Positions 29,685 to 39,350 of a stretch of DNA of 64,000 nucleotides are shown here, in pieces. The position numbers and the translations under genes were made by a program. Within the stretch, counting starts at the first letter, position 1. Each line of letters begins with the position of its first letter. The notes under the pieces were generated by a model. The model was not told the DNA's origin, did not search any database, and saw only the letters and a list, made by a program, of their open reading frames with translations. The DNA is from Thermodesulfobacteriota bacterium (lineage in GTDB: Bacteria > Desulfobacterota_D > UBA1144 > Nemesobacterales > UBA2774), in the NCBI GenBank assembly GCA_965223335.1, contig OZ244991.1, positions 928,001-992,000 of the forward strand, given 5' to 3'.

Positions 29685-31148
29685 TTGTCATCATTAGATA
29701 AAACAATTTCAATCGACCGTTTTTCTGTATTCGCTGTGCTATGGGCAATGGCCATGATTTTTCATGTTGGCAAATGGGGCTCTTGGATACAATCTCCTGT
29801 AACATTTGCCCTTGCAGTCTCAGCTTTCTATGTGCTCTTAAAGCCCTCTTCAATATTGCGTTTTTTAATAATGATAGCACTCCAGTTATGGCTATCTTTA
29901 GATCAATTACCCTGGGGAGCAACGCATTGGCTGTTTGTAACCTTCGCCAACCTAACAATAGTGCTAGCGGTACTACTCAGTATAATAAGCACCAAGAAAA
30001 TTAGAATTGACCGAGACGAGTTCCTGAGCAGTTTTGCCCCCGCACTTAGACTAGAGCTCATTATCCTCTACTTCTTTGCGGTGTTTCACAAACTTAACGC
30101 CGATTGGTTCAACCCCCTTGTGAGCTGTGCTACACACCTTTTTAACCTAAGTTTCAGTTTTATCCCCGACTCGTCCGTCATTGACTATACGACTATTTAC
30201 GGGGTGCTATTAATCGAGGCATTTATCCCGATCTGTCTGATTATCCCTCGCACAAGGTATATCGGTATTTTCATCGCACTCGTATTTCATTTTGTATTGG
30301 GTATTAGCGGGTACTTTAATTTTTCTTCAATGATGTACGCCGTACTGTTTTTATTCACTCCCATTAATTTTGTCGAAACTTTCGAGCGAAGATTTCTCAA
30401 CACCGGGCTTATCTCGCACATCCACAAAAGTTTTATTAAACCGCTTAGCCGCTCGTTGGAAATACTGTTGGCAATACTAACTACCGCAGTCCTCATATAC
30501 TCCCCATGGGTCACACAAATACGCTATCCATCCCTTATCATTCGCGACGGGCTCTCTGCACAAAGACCTTTCTTATCCTATGGGGTAGAGCCGCTTTGGT
30601 GGGTTTACGGTTTGGCAATAATCGCAATTTTCATCTTATCGATTCATAAATCAAGAGAACTATGGCCCGGATACGCTCGTTTTTTCCTGCCCCCGCACAA
30701 GTTAGTGCTCCTCGTTCCAATACTGGTCTTCATAAACGGTCTATCCCCCTATCTGGGAATGAAAACTGAGAACACATGGTCCATGTTTAGCAACCTTAAA
30801 ACCGAACAAGGTACCACTAACCACTTATTAGTCTCCGATAAATTAAGTCTTTCAAACCACCAAGACGACCTCGTGCAGATACGCTCTTCTTCCGATTCCC
30901 AGCTCCAAAAAATCGCAGACACAGGATTTCTTATTCCCTATTTCGAACTCCGTTCATATATGCACCACAAATATACTAAAAATGGGTCAGTTATACCCGC
31001 GCTTACTTACACTAGGGGCGGAGACGAGCTTGTAGTAAACGACATCACTCAGGCTCCCGACCTATTCTCTCCCTACCCCGTATTGGTTCGGAAAGCACTT
31101 AGGTACAAACTGGTTTGGCCAGGGAATCCCAATATATGTATACATTAG
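29685..31148 (+). CDS. HTTM-superfamily polytopic membrane protein
   Basis: LYFFAVFHKLNADW, E...P.....RTR.......FH, WSMFSNL motifs; many TM segments. Confidence 0.65.
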   Translation: MSSLDKTISIDRFSVFAVLWAMAMIFHVGKWGSWIQSPVTFALAVSAFYVLLKPSSILRFLIMIALQLWLSLDQLPWGATHWLFVTFANLTIVLAVLLSIISTKKIRIDRDEFLSSFAPALRLELIILYFFAVFHKLNADWFNPLVSCATHLFNLSFSFIPDSSVIDYTTIYGVLLIEAFIPICLIIPRTRYIGIFIALVFHFVLGISGYFNFSSMMYAVLFLFTPINFVETFERRFLNTGLISHIHKSFIKPLSRSLEILLAILTTAVLIYSPWVTQIRYPSLIIRDGLSAQRPFLSYGVEPLWWVYGLAIIAIFILSIHKSRELWPGYARFFLPPHKLVLLVPILVFINGLSPYLGMKTENTWSMFSNLKTEQGTTNHLLVSDKLSLSNHQDDLVQIRSSSDSQLQKIADTGFLIPYFELRSYMHHKYTKNGSVIPALTYTRGGDELVVNDITQAPDLFSPYPVLVRKALRYKLVWPGNPNICIH

Positions 31149-31226
31149 TGACAATTCTGTATAATCCATAGTTACATAGATAGCGATCGAATTACAAATA
31201 CCGAGTTCAAATAAAACTAACTGCCT

Positions 31227-32744
31227 ATGGACACTAAAACAGGTCTTGCAATCTTTGGAGTTGACGCCGGGGACCCCGAGTACATAACCAAATGGATCCG
31301 CGAAGGCCACCTCCCCAACATCGCTTCGATAATGCAGGAAGGTGTTTGGGCCAAGACCGGGGGTGCAGAACTCGTATCTGAGCACGGTGTATGGGTCTCT
31401 CTCTTAAGCGGTATCTCTCGTGTCCAACACGGATATTACTATTTCAGACAGCTCAAAAAGGGTACTTACGAATTGGAGACCGTAAAGGGTTCAGATATAG
31501 ATGCCCCTCCTTTTTGGTCGCAACTCGTGGGAGACAACACTGAGGTTGTTATTATAGACGCCCCGGAAACCCCGAAAGTTAAGGGACTCAGAGGTGCACA
31601 GCTCATAAACTGGGCATCTCATCAGAATTGGGACCCCACGAGTTACCCGCTTATGTCAGAGCCCCACACTCTTTTGGATATCATCGAGGACAAATTCGGT
31701 TCAAAAAAAGTGACAATTGAAAATAACTCGAGCACCTACAACCAAGACGTTGCGATTTACCGGGGGCTTTTGGATCAAATCAAGCTAAAAGGCCAGGTCG
31801 CACGCTATTTGCTCGAGAACAAAAATCCCGAGCTTTTCACAATCGTATTCGCAGAATCTCATGTGGCTAACCACCAGTTTTGGAAATACCTGCGTGACGG
31901 AACCCAAAACGGTGACGATAATAGTGAGTTGATAAACGCTGTACGCGATGTTTATAGCGCAATCGACCGCGAGATCGGTCTTATACGCAAGCAGCTTTCT
32001 AGCAACTACAACACCGTAGTGCTATCGTCAGTCGGTATGGAAGACGACTATCCAAACTCGGATCTCTCAGACGCATTTTGCAAACAATTGGGCTATCAGG
32101 CCCTCTACGAACAAAACGGTTTCTCTCTACACCCCCTAGACCTTGTTCGTAAGCTATTACCGCAATCCACACGTGTAGCCCTAAGCAAGCTTCTACCCAG
32201 AGAAAGACGCGAGCAGCTACTATCCGATCAGTTCCGCAGGGACACAGACTGGTCAAAGACAAAGGCATTTTCGATCCCCGTATCTTACACAAGCTTTATT
32301 TACATCAACCTCAAGGGCCGAGAACCCCAGGGTATAGTTTCACCCGGCCACGAATACAAAACGCTTCTAGACGAACTTGAAACTGAACTCAGTAAAATAA
32401 TAGACCCCACTACAAACACACCCGCTGTTTATAAAATCCATCGCACAACTGAGATTTTTGATTGCGACCCCTACTCAGGGCTCCCCGACCTATTCGTGGA
32501 GTGGAAACCCGGCTCATTCATGGACCGTGTAGAGCATCCCGGGGCTACTTTAAGACAGTCAGAGCCCGAATTTTTTAGACGGAGCGATCATTCGTCCCAA
32601 GGATTCTTCGCTGCGTGTGGTCCATCCATTCAAAGTAGGGGAGCAAGAGAAGATATAAACATACTCGACCTCGCACCGACATTTCTTGACCTCTTAAACC
32701 ACCAAGCTCCCGATTATATGGGGGGCAAGGTTATAAAACTATAG
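31227..32744 (+). CDS. Alkaline phosphatase superfamily (type I phosphodiesterase/NPP-like) protein
   Basis: GVDA, G.LP.I, W.S..SG, INLKGREPQGIV, PDL, DH...G, DLAPT. Confidence 0.85.
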   Translation: MDTKTGLAIFGVDAGDPEYITKWIREGHLPNIASIMQEGVWAKTGGAELVSEHGVWVSLLSGISRVQHGYYYFRQLKKGTYELETVKGSDIDAPPFWSQLVGDNTEVVIIDAPETPKVKGLRGAQLINWASHQNWDPTSYPLMSEPHTLLDIIEDKFGSKKVTIENNSSTYNQDVAIYRGLLDQIKLKGQVARYLLENKNPELFTIVFAESHVANHQFWKYLRDGTQNGDDNSELINAVRDVYSAIDREIGLIRKQLSSNYNTVVLSSVGMEDDYPNSDLSDAFCKQLGYQALYEQNGFSLHPLDLVRKLLPQSTRVALSKLLPRERREQLLSDQFRRDTDWSKTKAFSIPVSYTSFIYINLKGREPQGIVSPGHEYKTLLDELETELSKIIDPTTNTPAVYKIHRTTEIFDCDPYSGLPDLFVEWKPGSFMDRVEHPGATLRQSEPEFFRRSDHSSQGFFAACGPSIQSRGAREDINILDLAPTFLDLLNHQAPDYMGGKVIKL

Positions 32745-32818
32745 GCAAAAAAATCTATAGCACTATTTATTGAGTTGTTACCGATTTGTAGTCTATTATA
32801 TTATTCTGGATAAAGTCT

Positions 32819-34339
32819 ATGACCTCACAAAAATCTCCGCTAATCCTATTGTGTATGGACTCGGCAGAACAGAGCTTTATTAAGAAATGGGCCGAGCAGG
32901 GCTACCTCCCCACAATAGCGTCGATTATGAACAAAGGGTTTTGGGGCACCACCTCGGGCACTGAAATTATGAGTGAACACGGGATCTGGCTCTCTATGAT
33001 GAGCGGGGTGCCAAGAAGCAAGCATAACTATTACTATTGGCGTCCATTAAAAACCGGCACCTATGATTTAATCCATGCCGATTTAAGAAAAGTCGAGGCC
33101 AAACCGTTTTGGCACCTATTTAAAAACAACGGTAAGACAATAGCTACCATTGACATTCCCGAGGTCTACCCGGTAGAGGATTTAGACGGGATTCAGCTTG
33201 CAAACTGGGCCCCTCATAATCCCCGTTTTGAAAAACTCACAGTACCTAGCAGCATGCTAAAAGAGATAGATGACAACTTCCCCCTCGACGAGGTCGTAGA
33301 CGAGATATTAAACTGCTCAGTAGACGAGGATAGGAAGATACTCAGAAAATTACATAATCAGCTGGAACTAAAAGGCAAATTGTGCCGAGAGATTCTAAGC
33401 AAAAATAAATATGACTTTATCGCTTTTAATTTCTTTGAGTGTCATGTCGCCGGGCATCAGTTCGCAACATACAGCCCCGAGTTTCCCTACTCAGCTAAAA
33501 ACCAAGAAAGAGGAGCTGGGGATTTAGAACATGCTACTCGTGAGATCTATCAAGCGCTTGACAAAGAATTTGCAACTCTAATGTCCATGCTCCCGGATAA
33601 TACTAATGTAGTTATAGTCTCAGAGATAGGAATACAAGCGGATTTTCCCTCACAGAAACTCACCGAGGACTTCTGTATTAAATTGGGATATCAGGTCGCC
33701 AATACCAAGAGCTTAAATCCTATGACCATAGCACGCAGACTTGTACCCGAGAGATGGAGAGTAGCAGTAAGCAAGAATTTCCCAAAATCTACCCGTGAAC
33801 AGCTCTATACAGAGCAGTACAGAACCAAAACCGATTGGAGCAAAACAACCGCATTCTCAATCCCCGCGTTTTATACAGGGATGTTAAGGGTAAACTTACG
33901 GGGCCGTGAACCCCGGGGCATAGTAAATCCGGGCAGGGAGTATGCAGAGTTAGTGGATCGCTTGATATTGGACTTAGAACAGTTGGTCGAACCCGTCACA
34001 GATCAACGTGCAGTCTGCAACATTTGGAACGCATCTGACCTCTATGACGGCGATCCCCCTCCCGAGCTCCCCGATATCATATTTGAATGGACCGCTGTAC
34101 CGTTTTTTAGAAAGCGTGTCGTCCACCCCCATTGCGATATACGCCAGGAACAAGGAGAATACATACGCGATACGCACCATACTCATATTGGGTTTATAGC
34201 AGGAGCCGGGCCAGGCATAAAAAACATAGGAGAGCTAGACGGCATAGATATATTGGATATGGCCCCCACGTTCCTACACCTTATGGGAGAGGACACACCC
34301 GATTATATGCCGGGCAATATTCTAGAGGCCGCAAAGTAA
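32819..34339 (+). CDS. Alkaline phosphatase superfamily protein, paralog of 31227..32744
   Basis: CMDS, GYLPTI, VNLRGREPRGIV, DMAPT. Confidence 0.85.
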   Translation: MTSQKSPLILLCMDSAEQSFIKKWAEQGYLPTIASIMNKGFWGTTSGTEIMSEHGIWLSMMSGVPRSKHNYYYWRPLKTGTYDLIHADLRKVEAKPFWHLFKNNGKTIATIDIPEVYPVEDLDGIQLANWAPHNPRFEKLTVPSSMLKEIDDNFPLDEVVDEILNCSVDEDRKILRKLHNQLELKGKLCREILSKNKYDFIAFNFFECHVAGHQFATYSPEFPYSAKNQERGAGDLEHATREIYQALDKEFATLMSMLPDNTNVVIVSEIGIQADFPSQKLTEDFCIKLGYQVANTKSLNPMTIARRLVPERWRVAVSKNFPKSTREQLYTEQYRTKTDWSKTTAFSIPAFYTGMLRVNLRGREPRGIVNPGREYAELVDRLILDLEQLVEPVTDQRAVCNIWNASDLYDGDPPPELPDIIFEWTAVPFFRKRVVHPHCDIRQEQGEYIRDTHHTHIGFIAGAGPGIKNIGELDGIDILDMAPTFLHLMGEDTPDYMPGNILEAAK

Positions 34340-34365
34340 CTCCGGACACAAGAGTAGATTAAACA

Positions 34366-35238
34366 ATGTACTTACCTTTCCTAAGCTCAAAGAAAGATGG
34401 CAGGTTACCAAACCTGGTAATAATCGGTGCACAGAAGTGCGGCACAACAAGTTTGCACTACTACCTCGGCCACCACCCCGAGATTCGTATGACCCTCATA
34501 AAGGAACTGGACTTTTTCCCCGATCAGCGCAACTGGCACAAGGGAGTGGATTGGTACAAATCACATTTTAGGGGCGACTTTAAGGTTCTGGGCGAATCCT
34601 CACCAAATTATACATACTATCCCAAGTGGCAAAACGTCCCCGAGAGGATGCACTCAGTAATACCCGATGCAAAGCTCATATATTTGGTACGCGACCCAAT
34701 TGAGCGAATTATCTCCCACTATATTCACAGATGCGCTGCGGGCCTCGAGCACAGAACCATAGAAGAATGCCTGGAACAAATCGACTCAAACAATATTTAT
34801 GTATGCAGGAGCATGTACCATATGCAGCTGTCGCGGTTCCTCTCCCACTATGATCAAAAACAAATTTTAGTCCTCAACCAACAAGACCTGCTCGAAAGTC
34901 GATTAGAAACTCTAACCAAAGTGTTCGACTTTCTTGGGGTAGATAACACAGTGCATAACGACAAATTTATGAACTTACGACACAAGTCTTCTAAAAAGAG
35001 GCAAAAAACCAATTTCGGTACATACCTATCACAATTACCGATCATAAGGTCTCTCGACCTTCTAAGACCGGGTTTAAAGTGGAGAATAGAGTCTTGGCTC
35101 TATAGGCCGTTCTCAGAACCGATCAGACGCCCTCAATTAAACGAGGATACAGTCGAGAAACTGACCGCCTACTTAACGGATGATATTAATCAGTTCCGCG
35201 CACTTATAGGAACCAACACCAAAAATTGGTCAATATAA
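34366..35238 (+). CDS. PAPS-dependent sulfotransferase (heparan-sulfate O/N-sulfotransferase-like)
   Basis: 5'-PSB loop IIGAQKCGTTSL, KELDFF, ESSPNY, 3'-PB RDPIERIISHY. Confidence 0.92.
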   Translation: MYLPFLSSKKDGRLPNLVIIGAQKCGTTSLHYYLGHHPEIRMTLIKELDFFPDQRNWHKGVDWYKSHFRGDFKVLGESSPNYTYYPKWQNVPERMHSVIPDAKLIYLVRDPIERIISHYIHRCAAGLEHRTIEECLEQIDSNNIYVCRSMYHMQLSRFLSHYDQKQILVLNQQDLLESRLETLTKVFDFLGVDNTVHNDKFMNLRHKSSKKRQKTNFGTYLSQLPIIRSLDLLRPGLKWRIESWLYRPFSEPIRRPQLNEDTVEKLTAYLTDDINQFRALIGTNTKNWSI

Positions 35239-35248
35239 CTACCCTCAG

Positions 35249-36091
35249 ATGTCCGTTACGAAAAAGAAACTAGACAGAGCTCTGTCGGTTATGACGAACT
35301 ATCTACCGTCACTATACGGTGGATATAAAAACAGCAGTCTTTTCTCGTATATCAACAACTACTGTTTTTTTATAGGATATCCACGTAGCGGCCATAGTCT
35401 CGTGGGCGCACTCTTAGACGCCCACCCAAATATTATCATTTCACACGAAGTCGATGCTTTCAGGTATCTGAATTGGCACTATAGCAAAAACCAATTATTT
35501 CAGCTGATATTGGAAAAATCAAAAAACGATGCTCTAAGGGGCCGTAAATCCAGAAAATACTCTTATTTTGTCCCCGATCAGTGGCAGGGAAGGTTTAGCA
35601 CTATCAAAACCATAGGGGATAAACACGGCGAGGGCGCAACCCTTCGAATTAAGCATTATCCGGGCCTGATCGACAAACTGAGAGATAGTGTCGGGACAAT
35701 AAAGATTATACACGTGACTAGAAACCCCTACGACAACATTACTACGATGTTTAATATGGCCAAACGCGGTCACGACCTAACTCAGTCAATTGACTACTAC
35801 TTTTCTTTATGCGAGACGGTATCGAAAATAAAAAAACAGCTGCGTGAGGATGAATTTTACGAACTCACACACGAATCCTTTATAGAAAACCCAAGGCATC
35901 ACCTACAAAAATTATGTATATTTCTGGGAGTAGAACCCGAGGAAGACTATATTAACGCCTGTGTGAATATAGTTAATGAATCGCCCCGTAAAACCCGAAA
36001 ACACATAGATTGGCCCAATGATTTAATCGAACTTGTTGGCGATAAAATTAAAAGCTACGAATTTACAACACAATATTCTTACGACGATTAA
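35249..36091 (+). CDS. Sulfotransferase (TPST-like/Sulfotransfer_3)
   Basis: FIGYPRSGHSLVGALLDAHP, RNPYDNITT, LCIFLG. Confidence 0.85.
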   Translation: MSVTKKKLDRALSVMTNYLPSLYGGYKNSSLFSYINNYCFFIGYPRSGHSLVGALLDAHPNIIISHEVDAFRYLNWHYSKNQLFQLILEKSKNDALRGRKSRKYSYFVPDQWQGRFSTIKTIGDKHGEGATLRIKHYPGLIDKLRDSVGTIKIIHVTRNPYDNITTMFNMAKRGHDLTQSIDYYFSLCETVSKIKKQLREDEFYELTHESFIENPRHHLQKLCIFLGVEPEEDYINACVNIVNESPRKTRKHIDWPNDLIELVGDKIKSYEFTTQYSYDD

Positions 36092-36103
36092 TTATCTTTA
36101 CAC

Positions 36104-36949
36104 ATGAAACATCTTATCCCCCGAAAAACAAACCTCTGGTCCATAGCCAAGCAGTACCCCTCTTCGGCAATCGGTGGCATCGCAAACAAAAAACTGTTCG
36201 ATGACGTAAACACCTACTGCATGTTCGTCGGCTATCCCCGTAGCGGCCACAGCCTCATAGGGTCACTGCTCGACGCCCACCCCGAAATTGTAATCGCTCA
36301 CGAACAGGGCGCACTCAAATACATACACGCCCGTTTCAGCAAGCTACAGCTGTTTTACATGCTCTTAGCAAACTCGCGCGAAAGGGCTCGAAAAGGCAGG
36401 ACATCGGGAGAGTATTCGTACCAGGTACAAAACCAGTGGCAGGGAAAGTTTACAAAAATAAAAGTCATCGGCGACAAACAGGGCGGCGGTGCCACACTCA
36501 GGCTGCGCGACAAACCCGAATTGCTTGGGCGTCTGATGAATACTGTAATACACAATGTAAAGATAGTTCATGTTGTAAGGAACCCATTTGATAACATTGC
36601 TACTATATATAAGCGCGCCAAAGGACAAACCTCCATAGATGGGGCCATTGAGAGCTATTTCGAGCTCTGCAAAACGGTGCTCAATACCAAAGCCCGAGTT
36701 GCTGGCGAGAACTGGTACGACTTGACCCACGAAAGTTTTATCATTAACCCCGGTAGGGAACTAAACAATCTCTGCTCTTTCCTGGGCCTTAGTGCCGCGC
36801 CCGATTACTTAACAGATTGTGCACAGATAGTCTATAATTCCCCTCACAAAAGCCGCCATGACCTATCATGGGAAACCGAACACATAGATAAAATCAACTC
36901 TCAAATATCCGAAATCCCCTATCTCCAGACATACACATTCGATGACTAA
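36104..36949 (+). CDS. Sulfotransferase (TPST-like), paralog of 35249..36091
   Basis: FVGYPRSGHSLIGSLLDAHP, RNPFDNIAT, LCSFLG. Confidence 0.85.
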   Translation: MKHLIPRKTNLWSIAKQYPSSAIGGIANKKLFDDVNTYCMFVGYPRSGHSLIGSLLDAHPEIVIAHEQGALKYIHARFSKLQLFYMLLANSRERARKGRTSGEYSYQVQNQWQGKFTKIKVIGDKQGGGATLRLRDKPELLGRLMNTVIHNVKIVHVVRNPFDNIATIYKRAKGQTSIDGAIESYFELCKTVLNTKARVAGENWYDLTHESFIINPGRELNNLCSFLGLSAAPDYLTDCAQIVYNSPHKSRHDLSWETEHIDKINSQISEIPYLQTYTFDD

Positions 36950-36963
36950 ACACTGCTCACTAA

Positions 36964-38430
36964 ATGAAGCATACTCACACTAGAACCGGAAGGCACTTTC
37001 TCGGCGGCACCCTATGGGTCCTGTTGGCCGAGTCCGTAAAAGTGCCTACGGGCCTTATTACAACCATTTTTCTTATCCGCAAGCTCGGGCCCGACGGCTT
37101 CGGGGCTTTCGCTCTATCCGTTGCAGTGGTTACCTGGATAGAGGTTGCGGTAAACGGTGTATTTGGGTGGACCACAGTCAAGTTCATCGGCAGTAACGAG
37201 CACTGGGAACCCATCGCCACCAAGATATTCAGGGCCAATATTGTCATAAGCACCTCGGCAATGGTCTTGCTCTGGATAATGGCACCCTACATAGCCGAAG
37301 TCCTAAACGAACCCTCACTTTCGGGCTATCTCCGGCTTTTCTCACTCGATATCCCTATCTTTACAATCTCGAGGTTCCATAGACGGGTGTTAGTAGGGCT
37401 CGGCCACTTCAGAGAGCGGGCTTTGGCAACCGCAGGTCACTGGGTATCCAAGTTACTTATTATCGTAATCCTGGTTGAGCTCGGTCTATCGGTAGAGGGT
37501 GCGATTCTTGGCAGCATAGGCGCATCGGTAGCTGAACTTATAATCGGCAGATACTATATTCGCCCATCTTTTTTCAAACACACAGACTACCCGTTACAAA
37601 ACCTCTGGAGCTATGCTGCTCCGCTTTTCCTCTTAGCACTAAGCCTTAGGTTCTACGACAAATTAGACTTGCTCATGCTAAAAGGGCTGGGCGCTACGAC
37701 GGCTATGGCAGGTATCTATGCCGTGGCCCAAAACTTTACACTTTTCCCAAGGCTTCTATCCGTATCCGTAACCCCGGTACTACTATCCACACTCTCTCGC
37801 CTGCTCCGCACCGAGAAGATGGATACAGCCAAACTGCTTGCATCCAAAGCACTGCGCATACCTATATTACTCGTGCCGTTCGCCGCACTTACGGCCGGCT
37901 GCTCAGAGGAGATTATACGACTATTGATAGGCACCCAATACATAGAGTCTGCTCATCTTTTCTCAGTGCTCATTTTCTCGGCTGTGGCAATGCTAATAAT
38001 CTCAGAATGTATCGCGATACTCATTGCTCGTGGCAGGCCAGGTCTTACATTTGCGATACTAGGCCCTTTCATACCCTTGGCATTTGCAGGTTACTTTATT
38101 TTTATTCCAAAATACGGCGCAATGGGAGCAGCTGTTACAGCCTCTTCTCTATCCATTGCAGCCGCCATACTCATACTCATTGCAGTCTATGCCGTGTGGC
38201 AAATCACAGTGCCGTTTTCCACTTTTATACGGTCGATGTTCATTTCAGTATTTGCATTTTTCTTAGCTTATTATTTAAACACAGATGGAATTTTAGTAAT
38301 ATTAAAAATGTTGATTCTCTCTGCAATAGTTGTTTTAATTTACATAGCGACCAAGGAGTTTGATGAACAGGAGATCAAAACTATACGCGAGCTCATTGTT
38401 TTAAAAATCTGGCCCAATCACAAGCAATGA
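36964..38430 (+). CDS. Wzx-type oligosaccharide flippase (MOP superfamily)
   Basis: RKLGPDGFG, DKLDLLML...AGIY, IPKYGAMGAA; about 14 TM segments. Confidence 0.88.
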   Translation: MKHTHTRTGRHFLGGTLWVLLAESVKVPTGLITTIFLIRKLGPDGFGAFALSVAVVTWIEVAVNGVFGWTTVKFIGSNEHWEPIATKIFRANIVISTSAMVLLWIMAPYIAEVLNEPSLSGYLRLFSLDIPIFTISRFHRRVLVGLGHFRERALATAGHWVSKLLIIVILVELGLSVEGAILGSIGASVAELIIGRYYIRPSFFKHTDYPLQNLWSYAAPLFLLALSLRFYDKLDLLMLKGLGATTAMAGIYAVAQNFTLFPRLLSVSVTPVLLSTLSRLLRTEKMDTAKLLASKALRIPILLVPFAALTAGCSEEIIRLLIGTQYIESAHLFSVLIFSAVAMLIISECIAILIARGRPGLTFAILGPFIPLAFAGYFIFIPKYGAMGAAVTASSLSIAAAILILIAVYAVWQITVPFSTFIRSMFISVFAFFLAYYLNTDGILVILKMLILSAIVVLIYIATKEFDEQEIKTIRELIVLKIWPNHKQ

Positions 38431-39314
38431 ATAAGAGCAATAACCCGGTATTCTCTATAGTTATACCCACTTATGGCAGATCGAGGTTGCTATCGAACTG
38501 TCTACTATCTATATCCAACCTTTCCTATCCCCCTGAGAAGTTCGAGGTCATAGTGGTTGATGACGGCAGTCACGCTCCTCCTACGAAGATTGTGGAAGAT
38601 TATAAAAAGAGCCTTAACATCGAACTCATTCACCAAGATCACAAGGGTCCGGCTGCAGCGCGGAACCTTGGTGTATCAGCATCGAAAGGGCAGTACCTCG
38701 CTTTCACGGATGACGATTGCACCGTACAGGCAAACTGGCTATACACTTTTGAAAAAAGACTCGCTAAGAATAACAACTGTATTATAGCAGGCCGTGTACT
38801 AAACGCCCTTCCCAGTAATATCTATTCAACCGCAAGCCAGCTCCTCGTAGATTACTTGAGCTCATACTTTAAAAACGGGAACCATACTACATTTTTAACA
38901 TCCAACAACATGTGCTTATCGCGAGAGCTTTTTGATCGCCTCGGGGGGTTTGACGAATCTTTCCCGCGTGCCGCCGCCGAGGACCGTGAGTTCTGTGACC
39001 GTTCAATCCACGAGGGATACAAGGTCAGGTACGAGCCCCTCGCAATTGTGAACCATTATCACTACCTCACACTAAATAGGTTTTATCGTCAACACTATAA
39101 TTACGGCCGTGGAGCATATCATTTCCACAAAATCCGTTCCAAACGCACTAACGAACCTATAAAAATCGAACACCGATTCTTTTATTCAAAATTGCTGCTT
39201 TACCCGTTTAGCGTATCAGCTCCCAGTAAATACACTTTATCAGCACTTATGTTTCTTACCCAGTTTGCACATACAATAGGCTTTTTCAGAAGTAAATTTC
39301 TACCCGAAAAATAA
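38427..39314 (+). CDS. Glycosyltransferase family 2
   Basis: SIVIPTY, VVDDGS, AFTDDD, GGFDESF...ED. Confidence 0.93.
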   Translation: MNKSNNPVFSIVIPTYGRSRLLSNCLLSISNLSYPPEKFEVIVVDDGSHAPPTKIVEDYKKSLNIELIHQDHKGPAAARNLGVSASKGQYLAFTDDDCTVQANWLYTFEKRLAKNNNCIIAGRVLNALPSNIYSTASQLLVDYLSSYFKNGNHTTFLTSNNMCLSRELFDRLGGFDESFPRAAAEDREFCDRSIHEGYKVRYEPLAIVNHYHYLTLNRFYRQHYNYGRGAYHFHKIRSKRTNEPIKIEHRFFYSKLLLYPFSVSAPSKYTLSALMFLTQFAHTIGFFRSKFLPEK

Positions 39315-39350
39315 TTGGTCTAAAATCCTATGAGTTACTGTCTGTGTTAA

